Positions 1-7,573 of a stretch of DNA of 11,255 nucleotides are shown piece by piece. A program made the position numbers and the translations under genes. This stretch comes from an uncultured Leptospiraceae bacterium (GTDB lineage Bacteria > Spirochaetota > Leptospiria > Turneriellales > CAZHLC01). The notes under the pieces were generated by a model. That model saw only the letters and a program-made list of their open reading frames with translations, ran no database searches and was not told where the DNA came from. The stretch lies in the NCBI GenBank assembly GCA_964532545.1, contig CAZHLC010000057.1, positions 1 through 11,255 of the forward strand, given 5' to 3'. How positions within the stretch are numbered: the stretch's first letter is position 1; each line of letters begins with the position of its first letter.

Positions 1-1386
1 GATCAGCACACCACCACCGTATTGGCCCCCATGTGCAAAGGCATAGTTGCCCCCACCACCTGTTTTAGCAGAAGGAATCTCTGTGCCGCTAGAATCGTAC
101 TTGCGAACACGCCATGTTGGGCCGCCGATGTCATAGCCAATCACGATGTTATCAGCCGAATCAGTATCAATATTGTAGGGCGTTCCGCCTTCAATGCTCA
201 GTTCACCGGTAGTATTGAAAGTACCATCAGGTGAACCACTGTCATCAAATTTCATAATGCTGGCAGCACCGCCGAGATTGGCAGCCAGTACCACAAAATC
301 ACCATTGTCGATGGCCACATCGCTGGCAGTTTCACCACCACCACCATCATGCACCACGAAGCCACCCAGGCCGAAGGTGACATCAGGCCCGGCTGAACCG
401 GCAGGCGGGCCAAAACCAAATTCGCCCCCCATGCCGAGGCCAGGGTTACGAGATTCCCATAACATAAAGAGATCATGTGAGTTTACAGCATAAAGATTCT
501 GGTTACCGTCGTAGCTCTCACCCGCTGAAAAAACAAAGGCCTGATCTAGCCCATTAGAGTAAGCACTGATAAAAGTAACAAACAGACCGCTCTGAAAAAT
601 GGCTTCATTAAAAGGGAAAATCGGCCCTTCAAAAAAACCAGCTGAGCCAGCATTGACATCACCGCAGCAGGCCTTGTCTTCAGACCACCCGGTAAAGAAA
701 TAGCTGTCAGCTAAAAAAGTAATAGATTCACTAACCGGGGCTATAGATGACACCGAGCTGACCGAGTTATCAGTAAAAGTAGTGATGGTAGTATCAGTAT
801 CAAGATCTGCGACGGTAATGGTGCCCGAAGCCGTATCTTGATAGTAGAGGGCCGGGCTTTGGCCGGCACGGTGTAACATTCCCAGAACCTTACCCGAAGC
901 CTGGCTGCCATCAATATCAACCGTGCCTTCTGAGGTGCTGCCAATGCCGGTATTCGGGTCAATACCAGAAACCACGTAGACCTTACCATCGCTCTTAGTG
1001 TAGACTGCACTCAAACCAAAAGTTGTGTGAACACCGGCGCTAAAACTGATGCGGCTGGTTGAGGTGACTTCGGTGGGGTTACTGTCTTGCACCACATGAG
1101 CCGGTTTTTTAAACTTAGGAAACTGGCCAAAACCAAAATAAGGCCCCACCGATTCAGTTACGTATATCTTATGAGTAGAGCCATCAGAGCGATTTGAAGC
1201 AAAGAAAAGGGTAACAATGCCGCTGCCTTCATCAATCACCACCGCAGGGGCATAATCATCAAAACTTGATGAAATGGGAGAGTTATCTTCGAAAACAAAA
1301 CCGCGATTAAGCTCAGGAACCTTTTTGCTGTTGCCCCCACAATAAAAGGCAAGGCCCACCATAATCACACTTAGTATTTTCTTCAT
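1..1386 (-). CDS. Secreted lipoprotein with Gly-rich beta-propeller (SBBP/delta-60-like) repeats. The N-terminus is at 1386. The 3' end of the gene runs off the window edge (first 462 aa present).
   Basis: The minus-strand frame was translated by hand from the ATG at 1384-1386 to position 1 with no stop codon. The GGAG RBS lies 7 nt upstream (tataGGAGattaaaATG). The N-terminus MKKILSVIMVGLAFYCGG is a signal peptide with a lipobox-like Cys. The body is rich in G/D/T/S with repeated motifs such as VAIDNGDFVVLAANLGGAASIMKFDDSGSPDGTF, typical of SBBP beta-propeller repeats. The ORF track omits it only because it is truncated by the window edge. Confidence 0.75.
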   Translation of the reverse strand, partial: MKKILSVIMVGLAFYCGGNSKKVPELNRGFVFEDNSPISSSFDDYAPAVVIDEGSGIVTLFFASNRSDGSTHKIYVTESVGPYFGFGQFPKFKKPAHVVQDSNPTEVTSTSRISFSAGVHTTFGLSAVYTKSDGKVYVVSGIDPNTGIGSTSEGTVDIDGSQASGKVLGMLHRAGQSPALYYQDTASGTITVADLDTDTTITTFTDNSVSSVSSIAPVSESITFLADSYFFTGWSEDKACCGDVNAGSAGFFEGPIFPFNEAIFQSGLFVTFISAYSNGLDQAFVFSAGESYDGNQNLYAVNSHDLFMLWESRNPGLGMGGEFGFGPPAGSAGPDVTFGLGGFVVHDGGGGETASDVAIDNGDFVVLAANLGGAASIMKFDDSGSPDGTFNTTGELSIEGGTPYNIDTDSADNIVIGYDIGGPTWRVRKYDSSGTEIPSAKTGGGGNYAFAHGGQYGGGVLI

Positions 1387-1531
1387 TTTAATCTCCTATA
1401 GCACAATTCTGTGAATAAAATGTAAAATGACAAGATTTTTTCATCGCCCGTATTTGGCCATAAAATCAATGCTGAATTAGTTAAAGAGGTAAGAGCTATT
1501 GAGAAATACGCAGATTTTTTGGGGGGGAGTC

Positions 1532-2287
1532 TTACACCCGTGATGACAGGGTATCGCGCCCGCCAGACCAGCCATCGGCGATAAAATACGAATAGAATGA
1601 CATCGTTTTCACCACAGTTTTAGACAGGGCGAAAGAAAGCAAGGCGGGTATAGCCCGCAGGGGGTTCACCACCCGGCGGCGATTAAAGGCCCACACCCCT
1701 ACACTGGTCACAGCATGTTCGCGCTCAGCTGGCTGGTAGGTGGTTTCAGCGATCTGTTTCGAAGAAGTAATCTGGCCATCAGGTAACAGGCGAATCACTT
1801 CTTTTTTTGCGGTATCGTCACCCCAGCCTCTTGAATAGACATGGGTGGCATCTGCACCCTGCTGGTGATGGCAGGCCACCAGATGATTCAGATCAAGGTC
1901 TTGCTCGGTGAGGGCGTGATCAGCGGGCATAACCACGATTGAATTATATTTTCTTACAAACCTGCGAAACGCGCGGTTCAAATGGTATTCAAAGGCGAAG
2001 GCCATAACATGGCCCCGGCTGCCGGTCTTCTGAAAGGGCACGGGAACATTTAGTTTGTACAGGCGCTTTTTTAAATAGTCATTCAGGGGTTCAAAAAAGA
2101 CCTCATCGCGGCTCATCACCGCAAAATCAAAATCGGCCTGGTGCTTTTCAATGAAACTGATGGCATCATCAATATAATGCCGACCCTGGTCGGTTTTAAG
2201 CATAACTTTCGGCACCGATAACGGCCCCATGCGGCGCCCGTAGCCAGCAGCCATAATTAAAACCAGAGTGTCAGAGTTCTTTTTCAT
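1532..2287 (-). CDS. Nucleotidyltransferase (NTP_transferase/MobA-IspD-like fold) family protein, 251 aa
   Basis: ORF track. The N-terminal Gly-rich motif TLVLIMAAGYGRRMGPLSVPKVML matches the (L)xxAGxGxRMxxxxPKxL signature of sugar-phosphate nucleotidyltransferases (IspD/GlmU/MobA class). The C-terminal ~60 aa are atypical. No clear SD (CCCCCC) precedes the ATG. Confidence 0.65.
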   Translation of the reverse strand: MKKNSDTLVLIMAAGYGRRMGPLSVPKVMLKTDQGRHYIDDAISFIEKHQADFDFAVMSRDEVFFEPLNDYLKKRLYKLNVPVPFQKTGSRGHVMAFAFEYHLNRAFRRFVRKYNSIVVMPADHALTEQDLDLNHLVACHHQQGADATHVYSRGWGDDTAKKEVIRLLPDGQITSSKQIAETTYQPAEREHAVTSVGVWAFNRRRVVNPLRAIPALLSFALSKTVVKTMSFYSYFIADGWSGGRDTLSSRV

Positions 2288-2332
2288 AAAGGGGGGTAAA
2301 ATTTCAGATTCTGTTCAATACTTAGACGCCAT

Positions 2333-2362
2333 TTGACCTGCAAACCCAAAAAAAAGTATAAT
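2333..2362 (+). promoter_or_regulatory. Sigma70-type promoter: -35 TTGACC (2333-2338), 18-nt spacer, -10 TATAAT (2357-2362). It would drive the membrane-protein/GST genes.
   Basis: Read directly: ttgacc tgcaaacccaaaaaaaag tataat. The -10 is a perfect consensus and the -35 is near-consensus. It lies ~57 nt upstream of the ATG at 2419, in a divergent intergenic region. Confidence 0.55.
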
Positions 2363-2418
2363 AACTTGACGAGAGTTGCAGCGATTCTAGCCATTATATG
2401 CCTATCTAAGGCTTTGAA

Positions 2419-2817
2419 ATGAAACAACCAGCTGACAAACGAGTATTGGCTCTGCTGATTATTCAGGCAATTCTGGTAAACTACCAGTGCTTTTCAGCCT
2501 TTTCAGGCCATGGGGGCGACGAAGCAATGCTGATCGATTTTGGTCTGGCCTTTCTGGCGCTGATCGCTGGCTTTGTGGCGTTTTCAAGCCAACACAGAGT
2601 AGCTTATTTATTTGCAGCCCTTCTTTTCAGTGCCGATGCCCTTTACTGGGCCTACGATTTCTATTCGGTTATTGAATACCTTGATAATTCAAAGCCTGGT
2701 CTAAATTTTTCTGAACAAGTTGATATGGCCCTGAATGCCGCCCAGATGATTCTGGGGGCATTGCTGGCTTTTCTTTTCTTCAAAACTCTTAGTCAAAGCC
2801 CCATACAACCTAACTGA
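2419..2817 (+). CDS. Small integral membrane protein (hypothetical, ~4 predicted TM helices), 132 aa
   Basis: ORF track. Hydrophobic stretches VLALLIIQAILV, FGLAFLALIAGFVAF, YLFAALLFSADALYWAY and ILGALLAFLFF. AAGG lies ~8 nt upstream of the ATG. It sits downstream of the strong promoter. Confidence 0.6.
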   Translation: MKQPADKRVLALLIIQAILVNYQCFSAFSGHGGDEAMLIDFGLAFLALIAGFVAFSSQHRVAYLFAALLFSADALYWAYDFYSVIEYLDNSKPGLNFSEQVDMALNAAQMILGALLAFLFFKTLSQSPIQPN

Positions 2818-2859
2818 AATTCTTCTTGCTGCGACTGCTCAGAAAAGAGCCCTTTACCC

Positions 2860-3543
2860 ATGCTAAAACTCTACGGAACTGCGGCCAGCAACTACTATAA
2901 CAAGGTTAGAATCGCCCTGCTTGAGCGGGGTATTGAATTCGAAGAGATCTTTCAGCCCCCTTCGCAAGAAGAAGAATATCTGCAGAAAAGCGGTATGGGC
3001 AAGATACCATGTATTGAACACAATGGGCAGTTTCTTTATGAGTCTCAGGCCATCATCGAATACCTTGAAGAGGCTTTTACAGAACAACCTTCATTCTACC
3101 CCGCAGACAAAATGCAGCGGGCCATTTGCCGCCAGATCATCAACGTAACTGAACTTTATCTAGACCTGCCATTACGCCCGCTGTTTAACCAGTTTGAAAG
3201 TGGCCAGAAACCAGAGGGCCCTCTTTATGAAAGAGCCCTGCGCACCGTCGAGAAAGCCGCGGTCGCCCTGGGGCGGGTGGTAAAATTCAAACCCTTTATT
3301 ATGGGTGAGCAGATGACCTATGCCGATTGTACGGCGGCAGCTACCTGGTATATTCCCGGTAGGTTGTTAGAGATGGCCGAAACACCCAACCCCCTTGAGA
3401 AGATCGCCGGCTTTAATGAATATATGCAGATGCTCAAAGAAAGGCCCCACATTAAAAAAACCATGCGTAAACGCGATGCTACCTTCAGGGCCCGTAAGAT
3501 GGCCGAGAAAAAAGGCCTGACTAACCCTGAGCTGGCGAGCTAG
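2860..3543 (+). CDS. Glutathione S-transferase family protein, 227 aa
   Basis: ORF track. N-terminal thioredoxin-like GST domain: MLKLYGTAASNYYNKVRIALLERGIEFEE, then the cis-Pro motif GKIPCIEHNG and the ESQAIIEYLEE motif (the ES.AI..YL signature of GST N-domains). An alpha-helical C-terminal domain follows. It is 42 nt downstream of the membrane-protein gene on the same strand, so the two probably form an operon. Confidence 0.85.
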   Translation: MLKLYGTAASNYYNKVRIALLERGIEFEEIFQPPSQEEEYLQKSGMGKIPCIEHNGQFLYESQAIIEYLEEAFTEQPSFYPADKMQRAICRQIINVTELYLDLPLRPLFNQFESGQKPEGPLYERALRTVEKAAVALGRVVKFKPFIMGEQMTYADCTAAATWYIPGRLLEMAETPNPLEKIAGFNEYMQMLKERPHIKKTMRKRDATFRARKMAEKKGLTNPELAS

Positions 3544-3583
3544 TAGGTTGTTGATTTTTTCGAGTATCTTTCAAACACGCAGC

Positions 3584-4036
3584 TCAAAGAATAAGCTTAT
3601 AGGTGAGCATGGTTGAACGTTTGAAACCGTGCTTTTCATAGAGCTTCTGGGCCACAGTATTCTCAAAATCGGTGTGTAGCATCACCCTTTTGCAGTTTCT
3701 TTCTTTTTTTACATACTCAATAGCAAAGCCCAATAGGTCATTACCAATACCGCGACCGCGGTTCGACTCTGCCACGACCACATCATCGAAGAAGGCTACC
3801 GGCCCACCGAGGGCTGTTGAGATATTAAAAAGAACGTTTATCATGGCAATGACCTGGTGATTCTCACGAGCCACCAGAATTAACCCCTGATCTGGGTTTG
3901 CAAAAATCTGCTCAACACCCTGTTGCTGTAAAACACGGTCAGGTTCAAATTCAAGCTCAGCGGTGAAAAGCTCGCCCAGCAAGTCACAGATTTGTTTGAT
4001 CTCTGCTGGCTGCGCTTCGGCAAACTCGACAGCCAT
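3584..4036 (-). CDS. GNAT family N-acetyltransferase, 150 aa
   Basis: ORF track. Acetyl-CoA-binding motif A (VVVAESNRGRGIGNDLLGFAIEY, Q/RxxGxG/A) and a C-terminal YEKHGF motif typical of GNAT. The start ATG (4034-4036) lies 2 nt after the TAA stop (4039-4041) of the upstream large gene, so the two are probably translationally coupled. Confidence 0.85.
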   Translation of the reverse strand: MAVEFAEAQPAEIKQICDLLGELFTAELEFEPDRVLQQQGVEQIFANPDQGLILVARENHQVIAMINVLFNISTALGGPVAFFDDVVVAESNRGRGIGNDLLGFAIEYVKKERNCKRVMLHTDFENTVAQKLYEKHGFKRSTMLTYKLIL

Positions 4037-4038
4037 AA

Positions 4039-7000
4039 TTAAATCTGGGCCCTGATCAAATCTAATGAATAGTTATACTGTGAAGAGAGCACCAGCCTGG
4101 GTGGTTTGGTCTGCTTCTGGCTGTGGCCGAAGTTCCAGAAGCGCGAGAGACGGCGGCCCTCGGCCTCGTTATGATTCACCGGCATGGTCTCATAGTTTCG
4201 CCCACCCGGGTGTGACACAAAGTAAGTACATCCCCCCACTGAGCGTTGCAGAACAGTGTCATAAATATCAAACACCAGCTTCTGTGAAAGCTCGGCATAG
4301 GGGTGCAGGGTGAAGGTCGGGTTCCACCCTTTGTAGCGCACGCCACCTACATAGGTGCCGACCTCATCGGTGGCCCGCAGCGGAACCTGATAGCCATTGC
4401 AGGCAATTTGAAACCTTTCAGTATCGAAGTTAGCCACTTTCACCTGAATACGCTCAACCGCCGAATCGACGGGCCGCGAGGTCTGGCTGGCAAACACAGT
4501 TTCGCCCAGAACATTCCAGGGTTGCAGGGCCGAGCGCAATTCAAGCTCGATACCTTCTTTGGTGATGGCCCCGAGAGTAGGCAGTCGAAACTCAAGAAAA
4601 ACAGAATACCAGTCAGCTGAGAGTAGCTCTTCTTCGTAGTTCACATAGGCCATCACATCAAGAAAATCTTGCCATAGAAAATGGGGCAGCAGAAACTTAT
4701 CGTGTAAACGTGACTGCCAGTGAATCAAACCATGGTGATAGGGCTGCTGGTGAAAGCGCATTAACAGGGTTCGAATCAGCAGCTGCTGGGCTACACACAT
4801 CTGGTAATGGGGCGGCATTTCAAACGAACGCAGCTCAACCAGACCGAGGCGGCCGGTGGCCGAATCGGGCGAATAGAGTTTATCAATGCAGATTTCGGCC
4901 CGGTGGGTATTGCCGGTGATATCAACCAGAAAGTTGCGTAGCAGCCGGTCGAGCACATAGGGGGGCGCATCTTCACGTTTGTCGATCTGCTGCAGGGCCA
5001 GCTCAAGTTCATAAAGAATCTCATCGCGAGACTCGTCAACCCGGGGCGCCTGCGATGTGGGCCCAATAAAGAGACCGGTAAACATATAAGACAAGCTGGG
5101 GTGATGCTGCCAGAAGGTTACCAGGCTGCGCAACAGCGACGGTTCTTTAAAGAAGGGGCTCTTAGCCGCGATGGGCCCACCCAGGGTAATATGATTGCCC
5201 CCACCGGTGCCGGTAATGCGGCCATCGAGTAAAAACTTTTCGGTGCTGAGGCCGGCCAGCTCAGCAGCCTCATAGAGGTTCTGGTAAGTCTCAACCAGCT
5301 CATCAAAGTTGTGCGCCGGATGAATATTCACCTCAATTACCCCCGGGTCAGGAGTAACCTTCAGCACATTGAGGCGCTGGTCAGAGGGTGGTTCGTAACC
5401 TTCAAGAATAATTTCATAACCCAGTTTTGCGGCCACTTCATGCAGGTAAGAAACCAGCGATAAAAACTCATCGAGGGTGACCAATGGCGGCAGAAAAGCG
5501 TAAAGCTTTTCATCACGCACTTCAACACAGAGGGCCGACACAAAAAAGTCTTCTGAAACAGCCTTTGCTTTAAGGTCTTCACTACCCTGACCTGCCTCAC
5601 CCAGTTCATTAAAATTATCATCGGCCTTGGCAATGGGTGCATCGGGGCTCTTCAGTGAATTGATGGGTAGCCGATAGCCCAGGGGTGAATCACCCGGGGT
5701 GGCAAAAAGTTGCTCGCGGGGCAGCTGCCAGGCGCAGGTCTGCCATCTTTTCAGTTTAGGATTAAAACGCAGGGGCAAGACTACCCCTATGCTTTTATCG
5801 AGGCCGGCCTTCTGTATTCTGTGCAGCTTGGCCCATTCGAGTTTTTCAAAATCATTCTCGGGCTCATGCTCTTCGTTAAAATCGTGTAACTTCCACTGGT
5901 AGTACTCGCTGTCTTCAAAAGCAGGCAATGCATACTTCTCTGGCAGGGCCATGGCCTCGCAGAGCTCTCGGTTGAAAATCTGGCAGAGCCCGGTTTCAAA
6001 TTCTTTCTTTTTTATGGGATATTCTGACCACAGAGGCTGGCCTTTTTTTAACCAATACAGGTTCATCGACCAGCGGGGCAGCACCTCGCCGGGGTACCAT
6101 TTTCCCTGAGAGAACTGCAGCAGGGCTGAGCTCGAATAACGATCTTTTAATTCAAATAATAGCTTACGGGCGCACTCATACTTATGCTCACCCAGGGCCT
6201 CAGTATTCCACTGGGCAGAGTCGCGCTCTTCTTTGCCCACAAAGGTGGGCTCGCCCCCCATGGTGAGCTGCAGGCCGGTTTTGCCAAAGAACTTATCGAT
6301 GTTTTCACCAGCCACCACCAGTTTCTGCCACTGCTCAGGGGCATAGGGGCGGGTATGGCGGGGGCGCTCAAGCAGGCGCTCAACCGACATGCTGAAGTCA
6401 AAGTTGACTTCAGCTGCATCGTGGGCCCCGGTGATGGGCGAGGCACTCTGGGGTTCAGGGGTGGCCGCCAGGGGAATATGGCCTTCTGATGCAAACAGGC
6501 CCGAGGTGGCATCGAGGCCTACCCAGCCTGCGCCCGGCAGATAAACCTCGGCCCAGGCGTGCAGGTCGGTAAAATCAGCAGAAAGGCGCTCTTTCTCTTC
6601 GGCGCTCTGCAGATCGGGCACTAATTGAATGAGATAGCCAGAAACGAAGCGGGCCGCCAAGCCCATCTGGCGCAGCATCTGTACCAGCAGATAGGCGCTG
6701 TCACGGCATGAGCCCGAGCCACTTGTCAGGGTTTCGGTGGGGGTTTGCACCCCGGGCTGCATGCGAATCAGATATTTGACATCGCCTGCAATGGCACCCA
6801 CCAGGCCGCTGAGATACTCAACCGTGGGTGTGGCCTCTTTTTTGACAAACTTTGCGGTATAGTTTTTCAACTCAGTTGAATCATCTGAGTGAAAAAGAAA
6901 AGGTTTAAGCTCTTCTTTCAACCAGGGCGGGTACTCAAAGGGTATCTTTTCAGCATATTCTTCAAGAAAAAAATCAAAGGGGTTAATCACCTGCATCTCA

Positions 7001-7248
7001 GCCACCAGCTCAACATCGAACTGCAGCAGATCGGTTTTTTCAGGAAACACAAAGCGCGCCAGGTAATTGCCAAAGGGGTCTTGCTGCCAGTTGATAAAGT
7101 GCTTCTGGGGTTTAACCTCAAGCGAATAAGCGGTTACGTTGGTTTTACTGTGGGGGGCCGGCCGCAGGCGCACCACATGGGGCGCCAGATTGATCTTGCG
7201 ATCATACCTGTAGCTGGTGCTGTGTTTCAGGGCTACCCTGATTGACAT
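4039..7248 (-). CDS. Large transglutaminase-like/DUF2126-type protein, 1069 aa from the preferred ATG. The N-terminus resembles the bacterial transglutaminase N-terminal domain. A Cys-His-Asp transglutaminase-like core follows, then a long C-terminal domain.
   Basis: ORF track, frame 4039..7257. The start is moved to the ATG at 7246-7248 because GAGG lies 9 nt upstream, whereas the GTG at 7257 has no spacing to the same SD. The resulting N-terminus MSIRVALKHSTSYRYDRKINLAPHVVRLRP matches the typical N-terminus of this family. The core is GSGSCRDSAYLLVQMLRQMGLAARFVSGY ... DLHAWAEVYLPGAGWVGLDATSG (catalytic C, H, D). This ~1100-aa architecture recurs in conserved operons with circularly permuted ATP-grasp and alpha-E proteins. 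The DUF2126 label for the C-terminal domain and the operon association rest on established family knowledge, not on anything read here. Confidence 0.85.
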   Translation of the reverse strand: MSIRVALKHSTSYRYDRKINLAPHVVRLRPAPHSKTNVTAYSLEVKPQKHFINWQQDPFGNYLARFVFPEKTDLLQFDVELVAEMQVINPFDFFLEEYAEKIPFEYPPWLKEELKPFLFHSDDSTELKNYTAKFVKKEATPTVEYLSGLVGAIAGDVKYLIRMQPGVQTPTETLTSGSGSCRDSAYLLVQMLRQMGLAARFVSGYLIQLVPDLQSAEEKERLSADFTDLHAWAEVYLPGAGWVGLDATSGLFASEGHIPLAATPEPQSASPITGAHDAAEVNFDFSMSVERLLERPRHTRPYAPEQWQKLVVAGENIDKFFGKTGLQLTMGGEPTFVGKEERDSAQWNTEALGEHKYECARKLLFELKDRYSSSALLQFSQGKWYPGEVLPRWSMNLYWLKKGQPLWSEYPIKKKEFETGLCQIFNRELCEAMALPEKYALPAFEDSEYYQWKLHDFNEEHEPENDFEKLEWAKLHRIQKAGLDKSIGVVLPLRFNPKLKRWQTCAWQLPREQLFATPGDSPLGYRLPINSLKSPDAPIAKADDNFNELGEAGQGSEDLKAKAVSEDFFVSALCVEVRDEKLYAFLPPLVTLDEFLSLVSYLHEVAAKLGYEIILEGYEPPSDQRLNVLKVTPDPGVIEVNIHPAHNFDELVETYQNLYEAAELAGLSTEKFLLDGRITGTGGGNHITLGGPIAAKSPFFKEPSLLRSLVTFWQHHPSLSYMFTGLFIGPTSQAPRVDESRDEILYELELALQQIDKREDAPPYVLDRLLRNFLVDITGNTHRAEICIDKLYSPDSATGRLGLVELRSFEMPPHYQMCVAQQLLIRTLLMRFHQQPYHHGLIHWQSRLHDKFLLPHFLWQDFLDVMAYVNYEEELLSADWYSVFLEFRLPTLGAITKEGIELELRSALQPWNVLGETVFASQTSRPVDSAVERIQVKVANFDTERFQIACNGYQVPLRATDEVGTYVGGVRYKGWNPTFTLHPYAELSQKLVFDIYDTVLQRSVGGCTYFVSHPGGRNYETMPVNHNEAEGRRLSRFWNFGHSQKQTKPPRLVLSSQYNYSLDLIRAQI

Positions 7249-7340
7249 GAAACTCACCCTCTGAAAGTGAGCGGGCCCGTAAAGCAGCTTTGTTTCTTAC
7301 ACCTCATCTTATTCACTGAATAAAATGAAGTTGTTATAAA

Positions 7341-7392
7341 ATAAAAAAGCCCGCCCTTCACCCCTGGCGGGGTGTCGGGCGGGCCGGGTTTT
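7341..7392 (-). terminator. Rho-independent terminator, probably bidirectional, between the SPFH gene/repeat region and the large transglutaminase-like gene
   Basis: Read directly. A-run 7341-7348, stem GCCCGCCC (7349-7356) paired with GGGCGGGC (7377-7384), and an inner stem CACCCC/GGGGTG with loop TGGC. On the minus strand the hairpin is followed by UUUUUUAUUUUAU. On the plus strand it is followed by CGGGUUUU. Confidence 0.6.
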
Positions 7393-7435
7393 AACATCCA
7401 ACCTATGAATCGTTTCGCCCTGGCTTATCGCTCTG

Positions 7436-7573
7436 CAACGCGCCGTTCGAGCGCTATAGCACCCTAAGATTGACTTACCGCTGCCGCGGCGTCAATCTTT
7501 CGGTCAACGCGCCGTTTGAGCGCTGTAGCACCCTAAGATTGACTTACCGCTACCGCGACGTCAATCATTCAGG
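7436..7573. repeat. Tandem direct repeat, 2 copies of 69 bp (7436-7504 and 7505-7573), ~90% identical. Each copy carries an internal 7-bp inverted repeat GATTGAC-N16-GTCAATC.
   Basis: Read directly. Copy 1 is caacgcgccgttcgagcgctatagcaccctaagattgacttaccgctgccgcggcgtcaatctttcgg. Copy 2 is caacgcgccgtttgagcgctgtagcaccctaagattgacttaccgctaccgcgacgtcaatcattcagg. Copy 2 overlaps the last codons and the TGA stop (7565-7567) of the SPFH gene. The plus-strand ORF 7470..8015 reads through the repeats and is an artefact (LTYRCRGVN...LTYRYRDVN). Confidence 0.75.

Noticed and set aside
22-493. Plus-strand ORFs 22-234 and 194-493 and minus-frame ORFs 252-476 and 741-1010
   Set aside because: They overlap the continuous 462-codon lipoprotein reading frame, which was verified by hand with no stops. 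They carry no signals of their own.
4065-7245. Multiple 60-120-aa ORFs on the plus strand and alternative minus frames inside the large transglutaminase-like gene (e.g. 4065-4313, 4303-4620, 6147-6512, 6889-7245)
   Set aside because: All lie antisense to or out of frame with a 1069-aa gene that has strong family features. Their products are Arg/Pro/Gly-rich, typical of non-coding frames in moderately GC-rich DNA.
7249-7257. GTG start at 7257 for the large transglutaminase-like gene (N-terminus MSFMSIRV...)
   Set aside because: The GTG sits directly against the GAGG Shine-Dalgarno with zero spacing. The ATG three codons downstream (7248) has 9-nt spacing and gives the family-typical N-terminus MSIRVAL...YRY.
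7436-7573. Possible CRISPR array or terminator pair at the 69-bp repeats
   Set aside because: There are only two units, directly abutting with no unique spacers, and the unit length of 69 bp is too long for a CRISPR repeat. The internal hairpins are not followed by U-tracts. The true terminator lies downstream at 7341-7392.
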